Positions 11,659 through 23,599 of a DNA stretch of 64,000 nt are shown here, piece after piece. The translations under genes were made by a program, and so were the position numbers. This DNA comes from Oscillospiraceae bacterium. Its GTDB lineage: Bacteria > Bacillota > Clostridia > Saccharofermentanales > Fastidiosipilaceae. Under the pieces are notes generated by a model. That model saw only the letters and a program-made list of their open reading frames with translations. It was not told the origin of the DNA and ran no database searches. The stretch covers positions 3,966 to 67,965 of the forward strand of contig JAQWFM010000002.1 in assembly GCA_028704415.1 (NCBI GenBank). Reading direction: 5' to 3'. Numbering within the stretch: position 1 is the stretch's first letter; every line of letters starts with the position of its first letter.

Positions 11659-12978
11659 CTACTGTCCTTGCAAGACAGTTTGTATATTACTCAAGTAGGC
11701 ATCCACATCTCCACTTTGCACTAACTCATCTGCGTAACTGTTCATGCTGTCAATAACCCCCACATTCCAGATCTGGTCAGGCCAAATGCCCAGGCTTTGT
11801 GGATCATTAAAATAGTCTAGCAGGGGTTTGGTCTGTGTTACGGTCGTTTCTACGCCATTGATATAGGAAGGAGAGCCGTCCATATCGGCGTAATACTGCG
11901 CATTTTCCTGTTCGGCCATAAAAGCCAGGAACTTCAAGGCCTCTTGGGGATGTTCGCAGGTACTGCTGATTGCCAAACAATGATCATTTTGGTAAGGTAT
12001 GACAGTTTTTTCATCTTCACTGGCTGGTAATGCAAAGGTGGAATAGTTAAGGCTGTCATTATCCTCATTAATGGTGGGTAGCATCCAAATGCCGCCTATA
12101 ATCATTGCCGCTGAGCCATTGGCAAAATCGGCAATAGCCTGTTCATAGGTGCTGCCAAATGAATCATCTTGCGCGTACTTATTCAGTTCAAGAATTTTAT
12201 TAGCCGTGATTCTAAAGCCGTCAAAATCTGCTACAGATTTACTGCCGCTCTGAATATCTGCAAAAACTTGCTCAAAATTACTGATATCCTCAACCTGTAG
12301 CATCTCTATGGTTTGTCCAGCGTGCGAAGATTGATTAAACATTGCTAATGGTGTGATACCAGCAGTCTGAAGTTTTTGACAGACTTGGATAAACTCTTCA
12401 TAGGTGCTGGGAACTTCAAGCTGATTGGCGGTAAAAATATCCTTGTTATAAAATACGCCGGCAGCATTCATTGAGATCGGTAAGCAATATGCTTTACCGT
12501 TATATTCCACTGTTTCTAACATGCCGTCCTTAACATTGGCCAAAAATTCTTGATCCGTTAAATCAAGCAGCATTTCATTATTGACCATTTCTTTAAAAAC
12601 TGGATCTGTTGCCCAGTGACTCAATATATCCGGCATGTTATTTGTGGACATACGGGTCTGTAAAACTGTCGTTGGATCAGGATCATTAATTTGTTCAATC
12701 ACAATATCGGGATTTTCTTTTTCAAATTTAGCAATTAGAGTATTGTAAATGTCCTCAACTTCGGGCTTTACGTTAAAATACTCCAAGTGAACCGTTTCAC
12801 CGCTGTTTTCGTTACTGATAGCAGAGCTTTGTTCAGCCGCGTTAGTTTTGCCCGTATCCGCAGATTGTTCTGCAGTTTGAGTACTGTCACCGCTAATACC
12901 TGTTCCCCCCATACAACTGCTTAATATGGCAGTACTAAGCAGGACAGCAGCGCTTGCAATAAATTTTACTTGTTTCAT
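11659..12978 (-). CDS. Extracellular sugar-binding lipoprotein of the ABC transporter
   Basis: Start moved to MKQVKFIASAAVLLSTAILSSC (signal peptide plus lipobox LSSC), with SD GGGGGAG 4 nt before ATG 12978. It has a typical family-1 solute-binding protein length and composition. The 45 extra residues in the track ORF overlap the upstream gene. Confidence 0.85.
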   Translation of the reverse strand: MKQVKFIASAAVLLSTAILSSCMGGTGISGDSTQTAEQSADTGKTNAAEQSSAISNENSGETVHLEYFNVKPEVEDIYNTLIAKFEKENPDIVIEQINDPDPTTVLQTRMSTNNMPDILSHWATDPVFKEMVNNEMLLDLTDQEFLANVKDGMLETVEYNGKAYCLPISMNAAGVFYNKDIFTANQLEVPSTYEEFIQVCQKLQTAGITPLAMFNQSSHAGQTIEMLQVEDISNFEQVFADIQSGSKSVADFDGFRITANKILELNKYAQDDSFGSTYEQAIADFANGSAAMIIGGIWMLPTINEDNDSLNYSTFALPASEDEKTVIPYQNDHCLAISSTCEHPQEALKFLAFMAEQENAQYYADMDGSPSYINGVETTVTQTKPLLDYFNDPQSLGIWPDQIWNVGVIDSMNSYADELVQSGDVDAYLSNIQTVLQGQ

Positions 12979-12986
12979 AACTCCCC

Positions 12987-13829
12987 CTATTCTGCTGCAA
13001 TGCAGCGTTCCATATAGTGGCTGATCTCCTGACAAACTTGTAAATTGGCATCTGTATTTGTATAACAATGATCTGCTCCAGGTATAAGCTTTAATTGAGC
13101 ATGTTCTTTCCAAATATACTTTAGCTGCACTGAGTTATAAGGTGGGGAATCCTGATCATTTTGACCATGAATCAACAAAGCATGAGGTGTTACCTGCCTT
13201 GCCAGCGCAAATCCATCCAGTGCCGCACAGTCTTCAATCAGCTCGCGACCGATTTGAAATCCTCCTAAATCCATCACTCCCTTGCTCAGAAAGGATGTAA
13301 GATTCGATCCCGTTAACGGCGCAGTCAGCTCATGAAAGATGGTAAAGGCAGAGCTTATCAAGACCAGTCCGGCTATAGCCTGCGGCTGTTGTGCATAGGT
13401 CATTAATGCCACCAGACTACCCATTGAATGTCCACTCACAAAAAGTTGAGCTGAATCAAGTCCTGGGTGAGCTTTGGCAAATGCTAAAACCGCAGCTAGA
13501 TCTGCTGTTTCGCTCCTGAGCGTTACATTCTGGGCAGCTCCACTACTTTCACCATGGCCGTTAAAATCAAAACGTAAGCTACTGATCCCGATATCATATA
13601 AGGTTTGGCTGATAGTAACCAACAGGCGTTCATTCCTGTTTCCAGTAAGGCCATGACCCAAAATCAAGCAAGGGCAGGGACCTTGTGTCTGAGGTCGATA
13701 GAGTTCCCCTATGAGTTGATGATCTCCACTTAACAGTTCCAGATGCTCTCTCACTGCTTCGCCCTTCAGAGCAATAATTAATAAATACGCCGCCTGACTC
13801 AAAGCGTTCAATTTACTGTGCTCTTGCAA
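12987..13829 (-). CDS. Alpha/beta-fold serine hydrolase (possible carbohydrate esterase)
   Basis: Nucleophile elbow GHSMGS and the oxyanion region LILGHGLTG. The listed start is a TTG with no SD. An in-frame GTG at about 13754 (VREHLELL...) has GAAGGG 7 nt upstream and may be the true start. Confidence 0.7.
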   Translation of the reverse strand: MQEHSKLNALSQAAYLLIIALKGEAVREHLELLSGDHQLIGELYRPQTQGPCPCLILGHGLTGNRNERLLVTISQTLYDIGISSLRFDFNGHGESSGAAQNVTLRSETADLAAVLAFAKAHPGLDSAQLFVSGHSMGSLVALMTYAQQPQAIAGLVLISSAFTIFHELTAPLTGSNLTSFLSKGVMDLGGFQIGRELIEDCAALDGFALARQVTPHALLIHGQNDQDSPPYNSVQLKYIWKEHAQLKLIPGADHCYTNTDANLQVCQEISHYMERCIAAE

Positions 13830-13945
13830 AGTATGATAATGGCATATCTCCTGATGTTATATGCTTTACTTTTCTGAATTTATGTCAAAACTTGATGTTT
13901 TTTCCTGCGGATAAGAAGCAATAAGCAGATATACTTATCAACTTT

Positions 13946-14782
13946 TTACTTTTTTTGTTGAAGATACTGTTTGGGAGTTAGCTTATAGTACTTGCGAAAT
14001 ACAGAAATAAAAGACTTCAGGCTAGTAAACCCACAGTCATAAGCAATATCAGTCATCGTCTTCTTAACATTTTCCATTTGAAAGCAGGCCGCATTTAGTC
14101 TTTTTAACTGGAGATAATCACGGAAGCTAATACCTGTCACTTGATGAAAATGTCGCGAAAAATATTCTTGATCAAGGCCAAGAAAAGCTGACAGGTCCTG
14201 CAGACTAATATTCTGGGTATATTTTTGATTAATATAGGCAATAGCTTGATCAATATTTCTCAACCCTTTTTTTGTAGGAATTGGGTAATAAACCGGATCT
14301 GTACAATGCTCAAGTAAATAAATAACAATGCGGAGAATTGTTTCTGTAATCTCTAATGAATAAAATTTATTCTTATTTGAATACAATTCTGCAATGCGAT
14401 TCATTTCACAACTCAGGTAGTCGGTCTGTTCGCGTGTAAAGCACTCTGTGAAGTGATAGTTATCTATGTCGCAAAAATACCGACGAATAAACTCATAGTC
14501 AATCAGTAAAACTAAAGATTCTTCTTCCTCACATATTTCTGATCGATAAGAGGCATGAACCTCTCCACTGTTAACCAGAAACATTTCACCCGTACTGATT
14601 TCTCTTTCTGCCCCATGCGCCCACATAATCGTACTTCCATAGATCAAATAATTGATCTCAATATCCTGATGCCAATGAGGCAACACAACATCGGCTAATC
14701 TATCGCCTTCCTTTCTAAAATAAACCACTTTAACCGGAATAATACCGTCATGCTCAATTGCCTCAAGATGTTTTTCCGCCAT
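13946..14782 (-). CDS. AraC-family transcriptional regulator (cupin N-domain plus HTH_18)
   Basis: C-terminal AraC HTH: SLQDLSAFLGLDQEYFSRHFHQVTGISFRDYLQLKRL...DIAYDCGFTSLKSFISVFRKYY. Start at MAEKHLEA, with SD GGGGGGA upstream of ATG 14782. Confidence 0.85.
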   Translation of the reverse strand: MAEKHLEAIEHDGIIPVKVVYFRKEGDRLADVVLPHWHQDIEINYLIYGSTIMWAHGAEREISTGEMFLVNSGEVHASYRSEICEEEESLVLLIDYEFIRRYFCDIDNYHFTECFTREQTDYLSCEMNRIAELYSNKNKFYSLEITETILRIVIYLLEHCTDPVYYPIPTKKGLRNIDQAIAYINQKYTQNISLQDLSAFLGLDQEYFSRHFHQVTGISFRDYLQLKRLNAACFQMENVKKTMTDIAYDCGFTSLKSFISVFRKYYKLTPKQYLQQKK

Positions 14783-14808
14783 TCTACTTTCCCCCCTGCA
14801 TAACGCAA

Positions 14809-14841
14809 CGCCGTCAGAATCCCCCCTTAGATCTGACGGCG
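14809..14841 (-). terminator. Hairpin downstream of the PPIase gene (possible terminator)
   Basis: Perfect 10-bp inverted repeat CGCCGTCAGA (14809-14818) / TCTGACGGCG (14832-14841). There is only a weak U-tract on the minus-strand RNA. Confidence 0.35.
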
Positions 14842-14876
14842 CTGTAAGCAGCAATTTCTCTTTCAGCGATCCCAGT

Positions 14877-16487
14877 TTAGCCTACAAACCGCAGCGCTAA
14901 AGCATTGGTCGTATACTGATAGGCCGCCTCATCCAGCAAAGCCTCGCTGTCTTCGCTAAACTTGGTGCTGCGCAGCGCCGATGCGACTTCATCCTCCCAA
15001 TACGGCCTGTCTCCATCTGACACATAATACATGACATGATAGCCATAGGAGGACTCGACCAGGCCTGTATCCCCCGGTTCTCTGGACGGGTCATAGCACC
15101 AGTCCTCAAAGGACTTCACCATTTCGCCGCGATACACATCGGTATATTCAGTGGCTTCCGCAGCTTCTTCTGAGGCCAGCAGTTCCTCTGACTGCGCAAT
15201 CATATCGTCTTCACTGGTGATCTTGGCCAAAATGGCTTCCGCTTCCGCTTTCTTTTCCAGTTTTTCCGCGTCCGTCGTGCTCTCACTGGTTGAGATCAAA
15301 ATGTGGCGAACCGTCGGCGCCGGCTCTTCCTGCCGGGACCGTTCAATAAAGTAAACCAGATAATACGTGCTGCCGCTTTGAATCAGCGTCTTATCCCCGC
15401 TGACCCGACTGCTGTCAAACAGCCAGGTTTCTACGTCGGTTGGTGAAATCGAAGAGGCCTTAGCATACTCGTGCAAGGAACTATCATTATCTATATAGTC
15501 CTGGCGCTCATCTTCACTCACCTGATCCAGCGCTGCGGAAGCAAAGCTCTCCTCATCCGTGATCCCGTCCAGGATGGCCTGGGCCTCAGCTGCCGTATCA
15601 TCTTCCAGCTGCTGGGTCTCCTCATCGGTGGCGTCATCCTCCGCGGTAGGTGTCGTGATGGTAAAGGAACGGTAATTTACATAATCGTAGGTATCTTTGT
15701 TGGCTTCATACTCGGCCTGAATTTCCTCATCCGTAATATCATAGCTTTCCGGATATTGGGTAGCATACTCATTGGCCAGCAGGTTACGTTCCAGAATTTG
15801 GCGAATTGTTTTTTCATTGGCGCCGGCGCCATAGTTGGTTTCATAATAATTAGCCAGATCCAGCGAACTGGTGTAAGTAGCGCTGATGTTGGCAAAATAT
15901 TCATCCAGGCTATCCTGATCTTCCTGCGTCAGGGTAATACCCTCTTTTTCAGCTTCAGCGGCGTACGCCACCACTTGCTGCAGGGTTTCCTGGGTTTGCT
16001 CGTTTATTGTGTCGCGCCAGGTTTCCGTATTGCCATTTGCGTCCGTGGTTGCAAACAGCTGATTTTCAGCTTCCAGATCCAGACTGCCATTGCTGTCTGT
16101 CGCGGCATAACCCAGTGACGCATAGGTATTATACTGGCTGTAAACACTGTTAAAATAATAGTTATATTCCAGCATGCTGATTTTTTCACCGTTTATCGTC
16201 ATCGGCTTCATATTCCGCTGAGCAATACCGGTAGAAAACAAAATCCACACCAGGACAATAATTAAAACCAGGGCGCCGATCACCGAGCCGACAACCTTTT
16301 TGGTGGTGCTGCTGCCGCCGGTTTTAATCTTCTTTTTACTGCCGTCTTTAGCTCTCATTTGCCGCAGCCGTTTTTCCCGTTCCAGGCGCTGTTGATCACG
16401 CTTATCCAGCTCATTCCTAGTTGAAGTTTTCAGTGCCTTCGCGACAGCTTTTTTTTGCTTTGCATCCAGTTTTTGATCGTCAGCCAT
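14877..16487 (-). CDS. Membrane-anchored parvulin-type peptidyl-prolyl isomerase (PrsA/SurA-like)
   Basis: Lys-rich N-terminus, one TM segment (VVGSVIGALVLIIVLVWILF), a long acidic domain and a C-terminal rotamase-like segment (VRHILIS...YRGEMVKSFEDW...SSYGYHVMYYV). Confidence 0.75.
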   Translation of the reverse strand: MADDQKLDAKQKKAVAKALKTSTRNELDKRDQQRLEREKRLRQMRAKDGSKKKIKTGGSSTTKKVVGSVIGALVLIIVLVWILFSTGIAQRNMKPMTINGEKISMLEYNYYFNSVYSQYNTYASLGYAATDSNGSLDLEAENQLFATTDANGNTETWRDTINEQTQETLQQVVAYAAEAEKEGITLTQEDQDSLDEYFANISATYTSSLDLANYYETNYGAGANEKTIRQILERNLLANEYATQYPESYDITDEEIQAEYEANKDTYDYVNYRSFTITTPTAEDDATDEETQQLEDDTAAEAQAILDGITDEESFASAALDQVSEDERQDYIDNDSSLHEYAKASSISPTDVETWLFDSSRVSGDKTLIQSGSTYYLVYFIERSRQEEPAPTVRHILISTSESTTDAEKLEKKAEAEAILAKITSEDDMIAQSEELLASEEAAEATEYTDVYRGEMVKSFEDWCYDPSREPGDTGLVESSYGYHVMYYVSDGDRPYWEDEVASALRSTKFSEDSEALLDEAAYQYTTNALALRFVG

Positions 16488-16666
16488 TGTCCGCCTACCT
16501 TTATTTTATTTATAACGGTTTACTGTCCTGATTTAGCATAACCGGTCTGAGGGCTAATCTCAGAACCGCGTAAATGCGCATGCGCTAATAATAAGCATGT
16601 CCTGCCGGCATAGCAAGCCAGCACTGCGCTTTTATACTATAATCGCTTACTTTCCTTAATCCTACC

Positions 16667-17590
16667 TTAAATATCCACGTCATCTGGTTTTGTCGGCCGG
16701 AACTGCTTCTGGCTCATAAGCTCCGTCAGGCGGTCCAGATCCTCATTTGAATAGTATTCAATAATAATTTTCCCCTTTTTCCGGTGGGGTGATGCCTTCA
16801 GGCTGACTTTGGTGCCTAAAGCCTGCGACAATTTTGTTTCTACAGATGTCACGCTGAGTTTATAGGCGTCTGGCAGGGCCGCTTCCACAGGGATTGCCTG
16901 TTGCTGCTGCTCCGGATCCAATAAGCGGCGAATCAGTTTTTCAGTTTCTCTGACACTTAATTGCCTTTCAACAATTAAATTCGCGTATTTTTCCTGCTGC
17001 GCGCTGTCAGGTAAGGCTAACAGCGCGCGCGCGTGGCCTTGCGTTAATAACTCTTCCACGACCATCTGGCGTATTTTAGGGGACAGATTCAGCAGCCGCA
17101 GGGTATTGGCCAGCGCCGGCCGGCTCATGCCTACAGTTGTAGATAGCTTCTCCTGAGTCATATTATAGTCTTCCGCCAGCTTCTTTAAAGCTTCCGCGGT
17201 TTCAATAGGATTGAGGTCCTGCCGCTGCAGATTTTCAATCAAGGCTTGCTGCAGAATTTGGGCGTTGCTCAGTTCCCGGACAATAGCGGGTATTTTTTTC
17301 AAACCAGCTAATCTGGCCGCCCGCCAGCGCCGTTCACCGGCGACAATCAGATATGTCCCATGCTGCTGAGTTACGATAATCGGCTGAATAACCCCGTTTT
17401 CTTTTATAGAATCAGCCAATTCCTGTAAGCGTTCCTGATTAAAATCTTTACGCGGCTGGCTTTGATTAGGACTGACCTCATTAATGTCAAGCTCATGAAT
17501 GGCATGACTGTCCAAAGCTGAAACCGTCTGTTCACCCATCAGCGCCCCTAAACCTCTGCCCAGGCCCTTTCCCTTTGCTGCCGCGCTCAT
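16667..17590 (-). CDS. parB: Chromosome partitioning protein ParB/Spo0J
   Basis: GLGRGLGAL box, ParB box IIVTQQHGTYLIVAGERRWRAA, and an HTH region. ATG 17590 overlaps the parA stop (ATGA). Confidence 0.93.
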   Translation of the reverse strand: MSAAAKGKGLGRGLGALMGEQTVSALDSHAIHELDINEVSPNQSQPRKDFNQERLQELADSIKENGVIQPIIVTQQHGTYLIVAGERRWRAARLAGLKKIPAIVRELSNAQILQQALIENLQRQDLNPIETAEALKKLAEDYNMTQEKLSTTVGMSRPALANTLRLLNLSPKIRQMVVEELLTQGHARALLALPDSAQQEKYANLIVERQLSVRETEKLIRRLLDPEQQQQAIPVEAALPDAYKLSVTSVETKLSQALGTKVSLKASPHRKKGKIIIEYYSNEDLDRLTELMSQKQFRPTKPDDVDI

Positions 17591-18375
17591 GCTTGTTTCT
17601 CCTTCCACAGTTTTGTTCTTTTCAAGACTTCCCGGCTGAGTTTTAAATAAGCTTCCGCTCCTTTGGACCGGCGATCATAAACGGAAATAGGCTGACCATA
17701 GCTGGGAGCTTCACTTAACCGGACATTTCTGGGGATGACAGTTTTGAAGGTTTTTTCCCCAAAATAACGGCGTACATCCTGCTCAACCTGATTTGCCAGC
17801 TGAGTTCGGCCATCAAACATGGTAAGCACCACCCCGAATATTTCCAGAGTAGGATTCATTGTCTGTCTGACAGTTTGATAGGTTTCCATTAACTGCGTGA
17901 CCCCTTCCAGCGCATAATACTCAGTCTGAATGGGAATAAGCAGGGCCGAAGCCGCCGACAGTGCATTAAGCGTCAATAAACCCAGCGAGGGCGGGCAATC
18001 AATAATTAAGTAATCATAGGGTTCCGTAAAGCCAGCCAACGCTGTTTTCAGACACTGCTCACGATTAGGCAAAGGCGCCAATTCAATTTCCGCCCCGGCC
18101 AGATCAATCGTACCGGCACAAACCCGCAAATTGCGGACCAGGGTTGGCTGCAAACAGTCTGACAGGGGGACTTTGTCAATAATAAGCGAATAAGTGTTGG
18201 CCGTGTTTTCCTGTTTTTTGTCAATACCCAAACCACTGCTGGCATTTGCCTGCGGATCAAGATCAACCAGGATAACGCGTTTGCCTCTAATGCCTAGAAA
18301 AGCGGCCAGATTAACTGAAGTCGTTGTTTTACCGACGCCGCCTTTTTGATTAACAACCGCCAGGATCAAACCCAT
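17587..18375 (-). CDS. parA: Chromosome partitioning ATPase ParA/Soj
   Basis: Deviant Walker A motif NQKGGVGKTTT. Start at MGLILAVVNQKGG, with SD AAGGAGA 6 nt before ATG 18375. Confidence 0.93.
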   Translation of the reverse strand: MGLILAVVNQKGGVGKTTTSVNLAAFLGIRGKRVILVDLDPQANASSGLGIDKKQENTANTYSLIIDKVPLSDCLQPTLVRNLRVCAGTIDLAGAEIELAPLPNREQCLKTALAGFTEPYDYLIIDCPPSLGLLTLNALSAASALLIPIQTEYYALEGVTQLMETYQTVRQTMNPTLEIFGVVLTMFDGRTQLANQVEQDVRRYFGEKTFKTVIPRNVRLSEAPSYGQPISVYDRRSKGAEAYLKLSREVLKRTKLWKEKQA

Positions 18376-18552
18376 GCTGTTCTCCTTATATTCTTTCATG
18401 ATGACCCATTTCCTGTACATCCGTACAGATTTTTATGATCAATCCTTATTATGCCACATTTTTCCGGACGAATTGAGACATTACAAGACTGTCCATAAGC
18501 TGTAATACTTTAGCCGTCACTCTGACTAAAAAGCTGCTTGCCTGGTATGGTT

Positions 18553-18568
18553 TGTTTCACGTGAAACC
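18553..18568. promoter_or_regulatory. parS: parS centromere site 1
   Basis: TGTTTCACGTGAAACC matches 15 of 16 positions of the Firmicutes parS consensus TGTTNCACGTGAAACA. The palindromic core GTTTCACGTGAAAC is perfect. Confidence 0.85.
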
Positions 18569-18579
18569 AGCTTTAAACC

Positions 18580-18595
18580 TGTTTCACGTGAAACT
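18580..18595. promoter_or_regulatory. parS: parS centromere site 2
   Basis: TGTTTCACGTGAAACT matches 15 of 16 positions of the consensus and starts 27 bp after site 1. Confidence 0.85.
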
Positions 18596-18626
18596 AAAAA
18601 GAAGAGAGGGTTAGTCTCTTCTTTTA
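18596..18626 (-). terminator. gyrB intrinsic terminator (A-run/T-run flanked, potentially bidirectional)
   Basis: Stem AAGAAGAGA (18599-18607) / TCTCTTCTT (18615-18623) with a 7-nt loop, flanked by A- and T-runs. It lies about 35 nt below the gyrB stop. Confidence 0.7.
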
Positions 18627-18659
18627 GTTTTCTTCAGTTATCGGGTTTTAGCTTCTGTA

Positions 18660-21045
<2,386 letters not shown>

Positions 21046-21214
21046 AATTATAGCACACTTTCAAATCAGCTATTGTTCCTTGTCATCTAGCCTTATAAGC
21101 TTTATAAGGCGTAGCCAGGCCGTTTGTACGGTTATCCGTGTATCCCATCACGTTCCCGCTTTGTTTAGCCTTTAAGCCTGTCTGCAGGCATTTTACTGAC
21201 CTGTCGCTTGACGC

Positions 21215-22435
21215 TCAGTCTGGCAAAGGCGCTGCTTCATCCAGATGACTGACTTTGGCTTCCTGCACCTGATAAAAATCTATGGTCTGAGTGCGGCCCA
21301 ATTCTTTCAATTCCGTCCGAATGGCTTCCGTATCTGTGCAGCTGATAAAAACCTGACAGCCCTTAATGGCCTCCACCAGGCAGCCACGGCGCAGGACATC
21401 CAGCTCGCTCATAACATCATCCAGCAGCAGCACGGGCATTTCGCCCGTATACTGCTTAAGCAGCTTCAGCTCTGCCAGTTTCAGAGCCAGCACCGCGGTC
21501 CGTTGCTGACCCTGTGAACCAAAAGCCTTCAATGGCTGGCCGTTAATGCTGAGGATCAGGTCATCCCGATGCGGCCCGGATCCGGTAGCGCCGCGGGCCA
21601 CATCATTATCATAATTGCGGCGATATAACTGCTGCAATTGCCGCAGCTGTCCGGCCGGTTCTTTTGTCTCGGCCGCCTGCGCTGCCGTCGCCGCCTGACT
21701 TTGGTAACGCAGACTGAGCTGTTCATGGTCATTTGCAATCTGGCGGTGGAACTGTCCGGCCAGCTGACTAATCTGTTCTGCAAAAACAAGCCGCTGCCGG
21801 ATTAAGTTAAGCGCCAATTCCGCCAGTCTTTCAGTCCAGGTTTCCCATTCCGTCTTAAGTAACAGATCCAACTGATCCAGACCATAGGCAGATTTATCTC
21901 TTAGTTGTTTTAACAGGGTATTACGTTGATTCAATACTTTTGTATATTGCTGAAGGTCGCTGAAATAACCCGGCTTAATCTGCGAAATCAGAATATCCAT
22001 AAAGCGACGCCGTTCGGCCGGCCCTTCCTTTACCAACATCAGGTCTTCCGGGGCAAAAATAACCGCGTTGAACAGACCATAAAGTGACGCAATGCGTGCC
22101 TGCAGTAAACCGTCATGCCACAACAACCGCCGGCTTTTTTTCTCCTGGTTGCCGTCAGGAAAGCTATTAAAATATGCCAGGGTCAGGGTTTCGTCCTTAT
22201 AGCGGTCCGTGTCATAAAGCAGCTCTATCCTGTAGCCCTCCGCGCCGCGGCGAATAAGTTCTGTGTCCCGGGCGGTACGGTGCGAGCGGGCGCAGCTACA
22301 GCAATATAAGGCCTCCAGCAGGTTGGTCTTGCCCTGTCCGTTAAAGCCGGACAGCACATTAACGCCGGGACCAAAGGTCATATCCAGATGCTCGTAATTC
22401 CGGAAATTATGCAACTGTAGTTGTTTTACCTTCAT
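21215..22435 (-). CDS. recF: DNA replication/repair protein RecF
   Basis: LQLHNFRNY, Walker A GFNGQGKTNLLEAL, signature GSQGQQRT, Walker B LLLDDVMSELD. Confidence 0.93.
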   Translation of the reverse strand: MKVKQLQLHNFRNYEHLDMTFGPGVNVLSGFNGQGKTNLLEALYCCSCARSHRTARDTELIRRGAEGYRIELLYDTDRYKDETLTLAYFNSFPDGNQEKKSRRLLWHDGLLQARIASLYGLFNAVIFAPEDLMLVKEGPAERRRFMDILISQIKPGYFSDLQQYTKVLNQRNTLLKQLRDKSAYGLDQLDLLLKTEWETWTERLAELALNLIRQRLVFAEQISQLAGQFHRQIANDHEQLSLRYQSQAATAAQAAETKEPAGQLRQLQQLYRRNYDNDVARGATGSGPHRDDLILSINGQPLKAFGSQGQQRTAVLALKLAELKLLKQYTGEMPVLLLDDVMSELDVLRRGCLVEAIKGCQVFISCTDTEAIRTELKELGRTQTIDFYQVQEAKVSHLDEAAPLPD

Positions 22436-22480
22436 GCTGTTTCCGCCGCCCCGTGCTGCCCGGCTTTAATTACCCGCATG

Positions 22481-23599
22481 TTATTTGCGCAGCGGCAAGA
22501 CGATAAAGGCAAATTTGTCTCCGTTTTCCGGACGGATAACGCAGGGGCCAATATCGCCTTTAAATGAGACGGCGATATTTTCATCATCGATCACCCGCAG
22601 CGCATCCAGGAAAAAGCGGGGATTAAAATCACAGTCTATCAGCTTGCCGGTCAGCTGCACATTGAGCTCCTCATGCAGCGTGCCGCGGACTGTGGTGATA
22701 TCAATGAACAGCCGCTCCTCATCCGGCGTGCTCAGCGTCACCGGGAACCGGTTGTTTTCAGCCGACAGCATCAGCAGGGAGCGGTCAAAGGCGTTCTGCA
22801 TATCCCGGGTATTAATGATCATACGGGTAAGTTCATTGGTCGGTATGATGCTTTGGTAATTCAGGAACTCCCCCTGAATCAACCGGGACACCACTTTAAC
22901 CTCGCCCAGATTGAACATAATGTGATTGTCCGTACTGTAGATATCAATCATGCCGCGTTCGCCAAGGATGCCGCTGAGTTCTCTTAATACTTTACCTTGA
23001 ATGATAAAGCGCAGCTCCGGCCAGGGCGCGGACTGATCCTCCTTTTCAGGATCACGGGCAAAACGGCGCAGTGCCATGCGGAAACCGTCAATTGAGACCA
23101 TCTCCAGCTTATCCGCTTCACTGACCAGCAGCGAACCATTCAGATTGGGCCGGGCTTCATCCGTACTGACCGCAAAGATGGTCTGGCGAATCATTTCCTT
23201 AAGCATGGCCTGTTCAATTTTAAGCTGGCTGTTGGCTTCTACCACGGGTAATTTGGGAAAGCCTTCACTATCCAGGCTTTTTACCCTGAACAGAGAACGG
23301 CCTGACTCAATAATCACCACTTGATTTTCATCCGTAGCAAAGCTGACTGTTTCTTCAGGCAGCTTACGAATAATATCTCCCAGCATTTTACTGTTAATCA
23401 CCAGGCTGCCAGGTTCCTGGATATTAGCCTGGACCGTAGCTTCAATACCGATGTCCATATCATAACCGGTCAGCTTAAGGCCATCCCGGGCCTCCAACAG
23501 CAATCCCTCCAGGATAGGCATAGTCGTTCTGGTTGAGACGGCTTTTTGGGTATAAATGATTGCGGCCAGTAAATCATCCTTCATACAGGTCAGTTTCAT
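22481..23599 (-). CDS. dnaN: DNA polymerase III beta sliding clamp
   Basis: 372 aa with a three-domain clamp-like sequence and the conserved position after dnaA. SD AAAGGAGAG lies 5 nt before the ATG. Confidence 0.92.
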   Translation of the reverse strand: MKLTCMKDDLLAAIIYTQKAVSTRTTMPILEGLLLEARDGLKLTGYDMDIGIEATVQANIQEPGSLVINSKMLGDIIRKLPEETVSFATDENQVVIIESGRSLFRVKSLDSEGFPKLPVVEANSQLKIEQAMLKEMIRQTIFAVSTDEARPNLNGSLLVSEADKLEMVSIDGFRMALRRFARDPEKEDQSAPWPELRFIIQGKVLRELSGILGERGMIDIYSTDNHIMFNLGEVKVVSRLIQGEFLNYQSIIPTNELTRMIINTRDMQNAFDRSLLMLSAENNRFPVTLSTPDEERLFIDITTVRGTLHEELNVQLTGKLIDCDFNPRFFLDALRVIDDENIAVSFKGDIGPCVIRPENGDKFAFIVLPLRK

